Shown: positions 27,342-40,563 of the stretch, piece after piece
How positions within the stretch are numbered: position 1 is the stretch's first letter
Layout: every line of letters begins with the position of its first letter
Origin: Lingula anatina
Taxonomy: Eukaryota > Animalia > Brachiopoda
Direction of reading: 5' to 3'
Assembly (NCBI GenBank): GCA_051362555.1
Contig: CM120640.1
Coordinates: forward strand, 63,156,788 to 63,220,787
Length of the DNA: 64,000 nucleotides
The notes under the pieces: model-generated
What the model was told of the DNA's origin: nothing
Databases searched by the model: none
What the model saw: only the letters and a program-made list of their open reading frames with translations
Position numbers and translations under genes: made by a program

Positions 27342-28085
27342 TTAATGGTACACATCACAGACGTTATTTGCAAGCTGTGACCTGACCTCCCTTGTTGGAG
27401 GTCTACTTGCTCTGAGTGCTTTCCTAGTTATCATTTTTATTATTTAATCTGGAGTATTTGTACAATTTTGATCAAGTATTGAGTGTCTGTCCTTTAAATT
27501 GGTGTTTGCTTCTGTCTTCGGTGTCTGTGAACTGCAAGTTGTTATGGATTTATAAAATGGGTTATTCACAATGAGCTTTTTCAACTATAGATGGATTTCT
27601 GACTTTTGGAGAGCCAAAAATATCATTGCCCAGTATTGAATGTAACTCAGTAACTTCATAAGATATTATTCTAATAGATGGCATGGCTGACAACTAGTAA
27701 ACTGCAATCTGGTGTTATCATTTCAATTTTCTTTTTTTGTTTAGGCGATACTAGCCCTTAATATCATTTTCCATTAAGAAAAGGCATTATATCTGGTGAC
27801 ATTTCCCTGGCACCAGATTTTAGTTCTAATTGTTATATGATTAAATAGGCGAGGGAGACATATTTAAAATCAATATTACAGCTTTTGCTACTTTTACTTC
27901 GTCAGCTTGAATTAGCAAATACACCCTTATGTACTTTTGATATGAGGACATCATCTCATAACATGACAACATTTATTTTTGGATTATCTAAATGGATAAA
28001 AAAAACCTAGCACATCGAAGTCGCTTAAGTGCATCTTTTTATGCCAACCATAATAAATAATAATTTCACCTGAAAAGCCTGAGTA

Positions 28086-29758
28086 CGGTAAAGTCTTGAA
28101 AATTTCGTCGTTCTTGAAAATTTCGTCGGCCGACGATTTTCCGCAGACGTAATTTTTTTCCCTTTGAAAACTTCGTCGACCTTGAAAATGAGGTACTCGA
28201 TAATTTTTGAAAAGTTCGTCGCCAAATATGGCCGCGTTGTCCAGCTCAAACATAAAGGTAATGCGTCAGTTGATTCAAGACAATGATACGATCAGGATAT
28301 CATTGCCGATAACACTCTCAATGGGAGATAGGGACAATAGTGCGCCCCTGCGAGCGGTCATTCACAATATAGATGGTTTAGATGTGAATTCCAGTTCTCA
28401 ATTGCGGGAACGTCGGCCTTTTGTCTTTAGTTTTATTACTATTACCTGGCTCAAGGCGGCAAATAGAAGACACAGGCCGCGGCTCTGTCATTTGTAACGC
28501 CGTTATTGTTATCGGCGGCTGTCCTAAATGAGGAAGACACAATGAAAAAATCAAGATATTATCTCGAAGGGAAATGTACCTGTCACTTCTATTCATGGCC
28601 ATGTTCAATTTAGGACCATTTAACGATTACCTGGCTCGAACATGGAGATCGTTCGCAATGCGAATGGGACGAGATGGCAATTTTCATATCTTCAGCGGAG
28701 AATCGTTCGCGTAATATCATCAACAGATCGTTCGCGATCCAAACGAGACGAGAAGATAATTTTCATATTTGTAGCGGACTCTGTTCGCGTAAGGTCACCA
28801 GCGGGAGATCGTTTGAGATTCGAGAGAGACGAAAAGGCAATCTTCATATCTTTAGCGGGAGATCGTTCGCGATGTAAGCGAGAATAAAATGCACTTTTCA
28901 TATTAGTTCAAGGGAACTTCGTTCGTGGAAGATCATCAGCAGGAGATCATTATTTTAACCCCCCTCCCCCTTTGAATTTTATAAATAATATATATTTTTC
29001 ATTTTATCTTTAACCCCCCCTTCCCCACTCTCGGCATATCTTCGGCGAAGAATCGTTTGCGTAATATCGTCAGGACTTTGTTCGCGTAAGATCGTCAGAG
29101 GGAGATCGTTCGCGATCCGAGTTAGACGAAAAGGCAATTTTCATATCATCATCGGGAGATCGTTCGCGATGTAAGCAATAATAAAATGCAGTTTTCATAT
29201 TAGTTCAAAGAACTTAAATTGCAGATGATCGTCAGCGGGAGCAATTATTTTAACTCCCTGTAAATTTTTAGGAAGTTACAGATGGTAATTTTAGAAGGCC
29301 TGACACTTAATCCTGGGAAAAGCCCTGCATGCAACAAACGTTGCATTGCGTTGAATTTTTTTTTTTTTTTTTGAATATGTCGCATCCAGGTTATGATGCA
29401 AGGTTGCAATTAGGCTTATCTTGATCCTTCTTCTCTATCAGGAGGTATGTTTCTTACCGAGAAGATAATTCTCAACATATTTTCGGGTACAGTAAGTTAA
29501 ATATAACTTAAAAGAGATGCACAAATAAATAGATTATTATTTACCACCAGAAAATGACTTAGGAAGTAGTAATAAATATCCCACAATATAAGAGGGTCAA
29601 AGATAACAGCCGCTAAGGATAAAAGCACAAAGGCCGGATTTTTGAAAATTTCGTCATACCCAGGAGTCGGGGAGAGGTAATTTTGAAAAATTAGTCGGAT
29701 TTACACAATTAAAAATATTAATTAATTTTTAAGCGACGAAATTTTCAAGACTTTACTG
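28086..29758. mobile_element. 1.67-kb non-autonomous TA-flanked TIR element (Tc1/mariner superfamily-like) with internal tandem repeats
   Basis: ta|CGGTAAAGTCTTGAAAATTTCGTCG ... CGACGAAATTTTCAAGACTTTACTG|ta; subterminal gaaaa(c/t)ttcgtcg repeats; array of ggagatcgttcgcg-containing units at about 28640-29245. Confidence 0.85.
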
Positions 29759-30563
29759 TATGTTAAACTGACAAGATTTGTTCATGTCGTTTGGACTAGA
29801 TATATCCATTCTCAGTTAATCTAAATAGGGCCTTCTTTGCCATACATACCTAGGGTAAAAATCAAATATTTCCCCCTTTGAACTTGTAATTACATGTAGC
29901 ATGCTCCATGCTCTGAAACCAGCACACGTATATTCCGAAACCGCCTCGTAGTAAAAAATGTCACCAAAACGTAGAATTAGCTAACGCTCGAGGTGTTATG
30001 GCATATATCGCTCGGGTGACAGTGTATTATCTCACACTTAAAACCATGTCCATTTTTTAAGTATTAATGCATTTTTTAGCATTTTTTTTACATATCTCTT
30101 TTACTCTTTCCTATTGTTTTAATGCTGACACAGATCTATAATTGAACTGTATGCTGTTTTTAAATAATTGTATGGCATGCAGGTTATGGTAAAGTAATAA
30201 ACTTCAACTATTTTGTGAAACAGGTTATTGCTCAATTCTAAATAAAGTTACTTGGAAGTCTCACATGCAAGTTGCATGTGCTTTTACCATAATGGAGATA
30301 AAATTTCTATTCGAATACTTCATCTTAAGTTTGGAGGGGGCGTTATAAAATCACTTTCTTCACTTTTTCTTTTATTTAAGTTTGGGTTGTAGTCATTGTT
30401 ACATAACTCAACAGCAACTGAGGTTAACATATGCAAACGAGCTTTGATTTTGTTATTTTTTTCATGATAATAACTTAATGATTTTGACAATTGCTGATTT
30501 TGCACAGGTTTAATTAAGACATTTAAGGAATGCAGGATAATTTGTGTGATAAAGATAGTGTAA

Positions 30564-30737
30564 GGCCCCATTCAGAATAGATGGGTACAAACTTATCTGC
30601 TGACCAAATATGGCCAACCACACTTCAAAAGAGCAGGGGAGACCATTAAAAATCAGCGGCATCTCTTTTGAAATGTGGTCGGCGATATTAAGTCAGCGGA
30701 TCAGTTAGTACTCAGAACATCTATTCTGAATGGGGCC
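30564..30737. mobile_element. PIF/Harbinger-like MITE
   Basis: taa|GGCCCCATTCAGAATAGATG...CATCTATTCTGAATGGGGCC|taa; same family as 4410-4698. Confidence 0.88.
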
Positions 30738-31018
30738 TAAGTCATGAACACCTTGCATCTAGGCTTTCTTGAAGTGTTGGACAGGTGCCTAGTAGTATTG
30801 ATTAATGACAGACAGTGATTGAAGATAGAACAAATTGTCTGTAACCCAAGAATTGGATTGAAATTATTATGATTTCTGTTATAACAATAATTTAAATATT
30901 TGTGACCTATAATGTGTGTAAGTTTATCAATTTTGTTAACTTTTCAGATTTAACCTAAAATCAAGATCAAACTCCATTCCAGAAAGGACCTAGAAAAGCA
31001 ATTTGAAACCTTGTAAAC

Positions 31019-34000
31019 ATGCAGCAGGCAAAGAACAAAAAGCCTGTAAGTTAAGAAGCAGTATTTTTTACTTAAGGGAAATAACTGGGCTATTGATTTG
31101 TTAAATTATTTTTGTTTTCACTTGTAAATTTCACAAACACTCTACTATTTGATGGCTGCAAAATTTTCATCTAATTATTCTATCCTAGCATTCTTTCAGA
31201 TGATTATTTCTCACTATTGCTCCAGGAATTAATACTCAGTGAAGCAATAGAACTGATATTCAGCTTTAAATTAATCATATTCAGTTAATCTAACAACAGT
31301 GTTAACGGCAGTTCCAGACATGGATGATAGTGTTAATGTTATTTTGATGCATATTTTAAGTGGTGTTTTTGTTTTGTCACATAGGGCTACTTTGGGGAAG
31401 AGGAGGAGGCAGAACCAAGCATGTATTTTAATACACAGTCTGTTTTCAGGCCTGACAAAGAGGTGGGGGATTTATCCTAGAATTCTTAGTATTGCTGTTA
31501 TTAATTTGGATTTATGAGGCAGATTGTTTTATATTACTTATGGAGCATTTACACGCCTTTCTGTAAAGTCTTCTTTAGTATAAACCCTGGAAATCCCATA
31601 TGACATGCTTCAGTGAAAACACAGGTTTTACTGGAATTGCAGAGGTTTAAATTTTGTCAACATAATATATTTTTATTAAATAAGTCAATATACCTGAATT
31701 TAACCGATCTGTTTGTGAACAATTATTTCAGATCTTGAATTCTCCTTCACCATCCCAACTGTCTTCTGCATTTGGCACAAACTATTTTGGTGGCCAACCA
31801 GCAAGTAAGTCTGTTCATGTTCATAATGTTTCATAAAGTTTATGGCAGTATTTTATAAGGTCACTCATGTATGTTATGGCAGTTGCAAATCAAAACCATT
31901 ACAATATACATAGAATTAATGTTGACTTTGATTAATTGTTTGGTGTAAGTTGGCTTTAATACAACCATATTTTATCAAATTCAAGTTTTCAAAATTGATG
32001 TCAGTGAGTGATTCCAAGACCCCATTCCACCAGACACCAGCGGTCTACATAGATCGATCCAACTCTGCAGGGACTCTGATTAACTGAATGAGGCTTTTGT
32101 TACCAAGGTACTCAGATGATTGCCGCTTTTCCTTATTCTACTCAATGCAAAGAAGAGGCGTCATTCAGTTAAGCTGATTGCACTCAGCGAGAGCCCCTGC
32201 AGAGTTGGATCGATTTACGTAGACCAATGATGTTTATGGGAATGGGGCTTAAGTCATTTGATTATTGCTGTAGAATAAAGAACTGATATGATGGACGGAA
32301 GTGATTCACAGGAGCCTGCTCTTAGCCCTCAACACTTAGTAGAAGATAGCTTATCCCTCATTTCCTTTATTTGCAATTACTAGCAGTCTTCACTTCCTCA
32401 GGATAAAGTTCTAGGTTATAAATGATTTATTATAGAACATGAGATTCTTTGCATGTTAAATTGACCTTTTGTGAATTTTTCTTCTACTTTGGGCTGGGGG
32501 GGGGGGGGGAGTTCAAGCAAAAATATTCAATTGTGGTCTATGCTATCGTCTAATAAGTTCAAAGAATGTACTTGACCACAAAAGTCTTGTTTGTATGTTA
32601 CTCTCTCACTCTCTTTAATATGGAAAGGCTATCATTGTGGCTTTTGCAGTAGGAAACATGGCAATGCAGCAGAGGAACAGCATGACAGGAGGGCCAGGAG
32701 TGGCACAGTTTCAGAGGAACAGTTCAGGCCACTTAACACCAACCAGTCTAGCACCATCATTCCCCATAGGGCTTCAGCAGCAACATCAACAGCAAGCCTC
32801 GCCAAATAGGTGGGCAAGAAAAGAGAATATATAGCTTGAATTTTATTTATTTATTCATATGTTTATTTTTCATTTACTGTTTTGAGTTGCTATGTATTCA
32901 TTTAATGCCTATTGATTAAACAGTAGAGTTTATACTAGAAATCCAGTCTGGTACTCCTTTAGAAATGGTAGTTAAAATACATTAACTGATAATCACACCT
33001 CTGAGTGCATAGAATTTTATTCTGCAGCTGTGAGATGATGTTATGTAAATCAACCTGTCTGCTAAATACTGTGTTTTGCAAGTTATTTACATGCAATTCC
33101 TTCTTGTAAGGTAATAATTTAACCTCCACTTGTTGCTCATATCTCTCATTTCTGCAATCTGGGACCACATTTGCAGACTTTTTAATTTTACCTGCACTTT
33201 TACCTGTTTAGCCATGTATATTGTATAACCAAATTTTAACCGGTAAATTATTAAGTTGAATATACTGTTTAGGTTGGCATGACCTCATGAGTACTTTGTG
33301 TTTAATTTGTGTTGAGATTTGTGAAGTACTCTTAGTAAGGTCAGTAAAGATAAGGTTTAAATGAGAGGCAGCATTTGAATGAGATTTAGAACAATTAAAC
33401 CTCATTTGTTCTTCTATTGCATATATTCTTGCTTGTGCTGAGTTTATATTGTTGTATTAATATCTGATGAGTGCCAGTATTTTTTATTTTATTTATTTTT
33501 TTGTAGGAATTTAATGAGCAGTTTTAGTCAGCGTGGCTTCCCAAATGTGGGTCAACCAAGTGCATCACAAGCTTTGACTGCGATACAGAAAAGGAATAAT
33601 CCAATTTCCTCAGCCATATTAAGGTAAAGCCAACTCTCAGAAATAATGGCATGGAAGGCTTGGTATTTTAAGTCGTGGATTTGATTTAGTATCTATAATT
33701 AAGGTTGTCTAATGGATTTATTTCAGTATTTTGCTTTTAATTTGAGTTTGGTTTGGTTAACATTGGGTGGTTTTTGTTGCAATATATATATTTACTGTAC
33801 TGATTTTTTAGAAATAACCATGCTGCTAAAAATTGAAAACAAAAATGTAGTTATCTGTATGTGAACATGATGGAACTTGGATTGATTTTTTCTTTTTTCC
33901 AATGATTAAACTCCCTCCATCTTTTTATTTGTAGTCCTAACTATCTATCTCAAATCATTCAATCTACAATGCAACATCAACAGCAGCAACAACAGCAACA

Positions 34001-37000
34001 TTTGTACCAGGGTTACCATCCTCCACCTCCCCAAATCACCAGGTCCATAAGTGTACCAGCAAGGTAACCTGGACATGCTGTCGTACTCTTCACCCCTATG
34101 TTGCATACGTTGCTGCTTATTCATGTATTAATTGACTGTCACACTACTCTGCATCAGGAATATTTGAATTGTTTTTAAGTGCACATATATTTTTATAGGG
34201 ACATAGTAAGGTCACAGCAATGTACACATTGCACAGCAAAATCAAAATTGTTCATTTGGATTTTTACCTTTGATGGACAATAAAACGGCAAAATGTTTTT
34301 GTTTCCTTTTCTTTTTTATTTCATAGGGATACATTTATACATTTTTTTACTCAGCACGGCAACCCATAATTATATATATATATGTTCATTGTTCTGTGGG
34401 ATCTGTATTTTCTACGTGTCTATGATTTTGTCCTGTTCAGTGATACATGTCATGTTAGCTGGTTGTTAATTGGTTTTCAACCTGATAGACACAACATGGT
34501 GAACAACTGAATAGCATTTGCATGTTTTTTTTTTTCTTTTCTTGTGATTAAAAAGGCCATAATGTAGCCTGTGCTGTCTCTAAAGATGCATGCTCATACT
34601 TAATTGTTGTTGCTGCCTTGCATCAATGTAACTGAGACCAGGATATCAGTTTATTGAACCTTTTATCAGGCCTTGTTTATAAGAGGATAGGACAGTGTCG
34701 GGTCATGGTGGGATCTACTTAATTAGACACTGGCTTGACATTAACTGGAGATCAACGAGGGAAATCATACCCAGTTCATTTGATGGTTTTCCTATATCCT
34801 CCTTCCTTTTTTACATATAAACCAAGAGACTGTGGCAGTGTTTGTGTGTATGTAGAATGGCTATGGTAAAAATTTAAATAAGTACACGTCTTCAATTTTC
34901 ACAAAATGTAATATCATAATTTTTTACCTGTTTAATGGACTTAAATGTCCATTGTCAAAATACTTGAGAAAACTATCTTGCTGCATATCTGTCCATTAAA
35001 CTATTCTTCAAGCGATATCTAGCTTTAGACAATATTATTCAAAATTAGTATATATTAAAATTAGTATATTTTGATGAGTAGGTATTTCATTTTACATACA
35101 ATAGGGTAATATGTAAAAGGTTCAAACAAACATTTATTTGAAGTGGAGCTCTGTAAGGAAAATTGGTCTACATTTTATTCTGAATTTGATCATTATTTTT
35201 TACAAACCCTAAGGCATGCACTTTATCAGGAGTGTGCAATTTTGAATTTGATGGGACTAGGTCAGATAAGATAAAAGAAATAATTGTTCATCTTTTTAAC
35301 TTCACAGTTCATGCCAAGTGTCCTGGGTGAGTGTTCCTCATTTAAAGGTTATTCTTATAGTAATGATTTTATGGTATATGATTTTGTTTTCAGTTCAGGT
35401 AATAATGTAATGACAAATTTGGCGGGTGGCTTTGCTGGGATGCCAGGAATTAGAGGTTGGTAGTGATTATTTTATGAATAATTGTATTCTCCTAAGAAGG
35501 CTCTGCCTGAATGTAGTGACATTGATTTGTGCAATAATAAGATTAGAACATACTCTGCTCTTGCCAGACAGGAGGGCATTCAACCATGAAATTAAAAGAA
35601 AGTTAAATTTGCAGTTCTCAACGTTAACAGCATTAACCAGCTGACCTATCAACTTTTTAGCAAAAAAATGTTGTCATTTCCATTAGATTATGTGATATGA
35701 TTGTCAATTGATATGGCAAGTGCTGAAGTTAACTAGATCTGATGACTGACTGATAGGTGGGGAGTGTAGAATCCCCTACCAAGCCTTGGGGGCTTCGTGT
35801 AAGAGGCCATGTTCCTGTGGTACAAAGATGATAGTGGAATGATTGAGATAAGTCTAGTTTTTAAAGACCCAGAGGTACCAGGGTAGGCCACGTCCCTGTC
35901 TGGTTTTACGTACAACTAGACATGATGCTTGAAAGTTAATCAATAGTCCTGAAATTAGGATGTTTTCCCTTCAGATTCACAACCAAATCTAGATCTGTCT
36001 GAATTCCCCACACTGGGCAACCGGTCTGGTATGGCTCCTGGTCCAAACCCCACAATACAACCGCCAAACAGAACCTATGGTAAGAAAACATTGTGAAATT
36101 CAGACCTTGTGGAAAAATGCCACATGATATTACTTGCATTTGAAATTCTATGATTAAATGTGATTTAAAGCATTGGGTTTTTTTTTAAATAAAAAAAAAT
36201 CAATTTGAGTCAGTGTAAAAAGATTTTCATAAGTCATTGCATGCATTCATTTTCACTTATATTGAATTTACACTCCCACTTTGTTACATTTTTAACAAGC
36301 TTTATGTTTCCACAAAATGCAAGATCCCATCATTATTTTTCATTTTCTGTATGTTTTCTAGTTGGTATGGTTAGCAAGCCACCTCAAGAACAAACTCCAG
36401 AGTTCCAGATCCAGCAAGAAGACTTTCCAGCCTTGCATTCTACAGTGCAAGGAGGAGGTGAGAATAAATGTTGTTCAGCTTGATTAACCAGCTGTTTTCA
36501 TGCCATTATAATCTTGCTTACCCGTGCATTTTCGAAATATACAGATGATTAATTGACTTTATTCTACAATTTATCCAGCAAAACAAATTTCAGGCTGATA
36601 ATTTTGATCAAGGGGTGATGTGGAATTAAAAGAGGAAAATAATATTAGAATCTTAGAAGACAAGTTAATTTGTTCAAATCAGACTTGTTTTTATAAATAT
36701 TAAAAGCATCTATATCTTTTCAATAAGTGTTCATCTGCTTTTCTTCAGTATATCCCTAGATCTATTGACCAACAATAACAAGTTAGTCATTTATTCAGAC
36801 ATACATATACTAAGTGAATTATCAATAGACATGCTCAGTTAGAGCTGTGTTCCCTTTGGACGGTATTATCTGAGACAGTTTACAGTGAACAATCAATACC
36901 ACAGTAACTGGATTATCCCATATCTGTCTTTCCTGGAATTACTTATTGCTTTAGATTTCATGGAGGGAATGCTTGTGCAGTTTGACTGAATACTTGGACT

Positions 37001-40000
37001 TTTGCTTTGTTGTTATTATTGGCTAGACTTTCAAGAGTATCTTCCTATAATTATTATGTTAAATGAGGGTTGCTAAGGAGGAAATCTCTTTATTTCCAGA
37101 TCTGCCAACTTCCAGTTCTACTGATAGTGGAAGCAAAGTGGTGAGTAGACCTTGGTTGATTATTTTGTGATTATGTTCAGTAACTGTCAAAAGATTCTTC
37201 TTTGCAAACTTTGTACTATTGAGTTTGTTTGAATTATATAAGAATATTGAGTTATTATAAAGCATTTAAAACTTCATAAACCCTATTTGATGCTGGTTGA
37301 AATTAAAGATAAAAAGTTGGAACAAGCTCTTGCCAGATGCCTTGTTCTTATTTTCTAAAGCATTCTGAACTTTAGTAAGCCTCATGTGTTGATACATTAA
37401 TTACTTTACTGAGCACTAAAATGTTTACAAATTACATTTTACAGGCTATCTGCACTATTAGCTTTTACATAATGCTATATGTTTATTCAAAACACATACA
37501 TAGTTAACTGAATTAGCCATGAGGACTGAGAAATAGCACAGGCTGATTAAGTTTTTATTCTGCATTAAAACTAAACTAAAAAACAATGAGCTAATTTTGC
37601 ATTTGGTGAACACCAGCCATCTGTTTTTTAACCATGTTTATTTAATGCAATAAAAACAGATTTAAACTTTTTCAGAGACTTACACCATAGATTTGCAATC
37701 AGCCATTACATTATATTGTATGTGTCTTTTTTTTTCCTCCAGAATTATGGTGGTGTTCGTTGGCTACAGCAACCTGCCACGCTGGGAGGTGCTTTCGACC
37801 AGGGTCCAAAAGAAGGAATTCGGTTTCCTGGAGACAAGAATTCCAGTAGTGGGCAACCAAAGAAGGGCATTCAGACACACCAAGATGGTGAGTGAGGACC
37901 CAAGGCATCTGCTTGTCTTGGTTACTTGATTATATTGATCCATGATGTATCTTTTGTATACATAAGACTCAGTTTACTTTGCAGATGTGGCTTTTATCAT
38001 GCCTGCTTTTTTTCCCTGAATTTTGTTTGAATAATAAATTACAGGTGTATTTTATCTTCATTGAACATGTGAAAAATTGATTAAGCATACTGCTATATCC
38101 AGTGTGTTGTGCATATTTGAATGGTTAAGTAAAATATTTGATGTTGAGTATAAATAATGTAAGTTCATTTAGTAAGCGTTCTGTCATTTATCTATTTATT
38201 TATTTATTTCAAAATTACACCTGCAGTGTCGTGACAGATGACTGATATTTATCCTCAAAGAAAACGCATTAAACTTGGATGTTCCAGAAGTAGTCAAACC
38301 GTTTTCATCAAATTGCCTGACTGCTTTACACTGGATTTGCAATAGAAGCCCCCTTGGAGGTTCCCCGAGTTGAACTCTTTGTCTGGCAGAAATGAACGGG
38401 TTTAGTTGACACCTGTGAAAAAAGCACCTTTGATGCTACATCCACCTTATTTAATTTGTGACTTTCTATCCAGGAACTGTGTCCAATATCCCTGGTGGTA
38501 TGGTGACAGACCAGTTTGGTATGGTGGGCCTCCTCACTTTCATCAGAGCAGCAGAGACTGACCCGAACTTAGTAGCACTGGCCCCAGGCATTGATCTAAC
38601 AACACTGGGACTAAACCTTAACTCTCCTGAGTAAGAAATGGGCCATAGGCAATTGTGGGGAATGGGGCATCATGATGTATTAAGACCAAGTTAAAATATT
38701 GATTATGTTCATTCATATACAATAACCAGCAGACAAATGATAATTGACCTCATCATACTGAAGTTGTAAATAGTTGACTTTTTGAATGTAAGCAATTAGT
38801 GGCTTAATGTGGCTACATTTTGAATTGTGAATAATTTCAAAAAGTGAGACTTGCAACAAAAATATATACCAATTGATGGTGAATCTTTTTAATTGTTTGA
38901 AACTCGTGACTTCTGTAACTTCATTTTAACAGTTAATGATAAAAAAGAAGCAAGGTAAAAGGAATGGAAGTGATGTTATAGAAGTTTATGACGCATGTGT
39001 GTAGGTCATGTATTTATGTTTCAGAAACCTGTACAGTACCTTCCAGTCCCCCTGGGCTGATGCTCCCTGTAGACCACAAGACATAGGTCAGTGGCGTAAT
39101 ACCTTATTATAGCATAAGCTTACACTAGGGTGCTATATTGATTTGGTGAAACTTTCACCACATATATATTTCTTCTATTTACATGGCCTTTGAGGCCATA
39201 ATGGCTTTTGTTTAAATTGTTTGTGAGGGGCTTCAATTGATCCTGAATGCTTTTTTGTGCACAGGTTTCAGTGGCTTTTTATCTGTCCTTTAAAGGAATG
39301 TTAATTTTTTGCATTACTTTAGTCTAGCTGCTAGAAAGCAAAAGTTTGATGGTAAGAATTTTGGTGAATAAATTTAATATAGTTCTTTGGTTTAAGAATT
39401 TGCAATCAACCAAATGCAGCGAAAATTTATGGGGCCATTTGGCCAATTAATTTGACATAAGTGTGGGTATTTTTCCACAGATAATTTTTACTTACCATGA
39501 ACCATTTTATGTAATGATTTAATACACCATTTCATTCATTTATAAGTAACTGCCTCAAATTCATTGTTATGCCTATAAATTTGAATTATTCATTGATTAC
39601 ATGAAAAATGGCATGATTTCAGCATAAATATCAGCAGGCAAAGTTTCTGATACGATAACTCTATGTTATATTTCAGATTTTCACGTACCCTCAGAGTATC
39701 TCACAAATATATTTATAAGAGACAAGGTAAGCTTCACTTTTTTCAAAAGGGTATAACATTTCAGTTTACCTACAGTTCTTTGTTAATTATCAGTCAGTTG
39801 AAAGACTCAGATTTTACTAGATATATCAACCTTAAAAATTTTATACAGAGTGAAATGTTCAGTTCTTTGTTTATTTTCCAATGTTTTCCCCTTTCAGCTT
39901 GCTCCTATAAAACTTAACCGTTATGGGGAAGACTTGCTATTTTTCCTGTTCTACATGAATGGTGGGGACATGCTTCAGTTGGCAGCAGCAGCAGAGTTGT

Positions 40001-40563
40001 AAGTTTTTTAGGAAATCTATGATAAATGTTGTTCATTGTCAATTTTTCACAGCCTTTCAAAACAGCATATCATCCCCATTATTTTTCAATTAAATACTTG
40101 TTTCTCCAGAAGAGAGCATTATGTCTGAGCATACAACAAAAATGTAAGTAAAATATAAAAAATTTCTAAGTTGCTGATGGTACATGACAGTCATGGCAAC
40201 CTTTTTTTTCTATTTGTTATTTCTACTGAGAAATAGTATATCTCATTACAGACTATTGGGTTTCATTTAACAAGTATGTGTCAGCTGTATAAAATATGGC
40301 GTACATATCTTACCAATTTCAGATACAACCGAGACTGGAGGTATCACAAAGAAGAAAGGGTCTGGATAACCAGGGCCCCAGGGATGGAACCTGCTATCAA
40401 GACTAATACTTACGAACGAGGAACATACTATTTCTTTGATGCACAGAACTGGCGAAAAGTGGCAAAAGAATTCCACTTAGAATATGACAAACTAGAAGAG
40501 AGACCTCATCTGCCACCTACTCTCCATCATAATCCTAGTCCTGCTGCCATGGTGGCACACTAG
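31019..40563 (+). CDS. CNOT2: CCR4-NOT transcription complex subunit 2 (Regena/NOT2)
   Basis: Phase-consistent exons: 31019-31045, 31732-31804, 32650-32809, 33507-33623, 33935-34063, 35394-35455, 35975-36079, 36362-36457, 37100-37140, 37743-37887, 38474-38630, 39025-39086, 39677-39726, 39898-39998, 40323-40563. Motifs LDLSEFPTL, GMVSKP...EDFPAL, DQFGMVGLLTFIR, LGLNLNSPENLY, YNRDWRYHKEERVWITRAPG, YERGTYYFFD (NOT box). N-terminal low-complexity exons are less certain. Confidence 0.96.
32017..32250. mobile_element. Palindromic Harbinger-like MITE in a CNOT2 intron
   Basis: Arms ccccattcc...ggtctac...atcgatccaactctgcaggg and ccctgcagagttggatcgat...gtagacc...ggaatgggg are inverted copies. Confidence 0.8.

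Larger units (their letters stand above)
26098..27429 (+). mobile_element. Helentron/HINE-like repeat, copy 3, expanded by two nested insertions
   Basis: 5' part (ggagggattatgtttttgg...gttagttagtt...aaattttcaggatag) and 3' end (ggaggtctacttgctctgagtgctttcctagtt) align with the 3588 copy. Confidence 0.65.

Noticed and set aside
28640-29245. CRISPR-like repeat array
   Set aside because: Eukaryotic context, the intervening sequences are themselves repeated, no cas genes, and the array lies inside a TIR element.
35731-35860. Type I hammerhead ribozyme (closing stem followed by CTGATGA)
   Set aside because: No GAAA core element or stem III/UH cleavage site within the enclosed region.
38360-38400. 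Telomerase RNA P6.1-like hairpin (GAG-TTGAA-CTC) or RNase MRP/P motif
   Set aside because: No telomeric template or pseudoknot nearby, loop lacks the conserved G, and spacing is far too short for a P4 helix.
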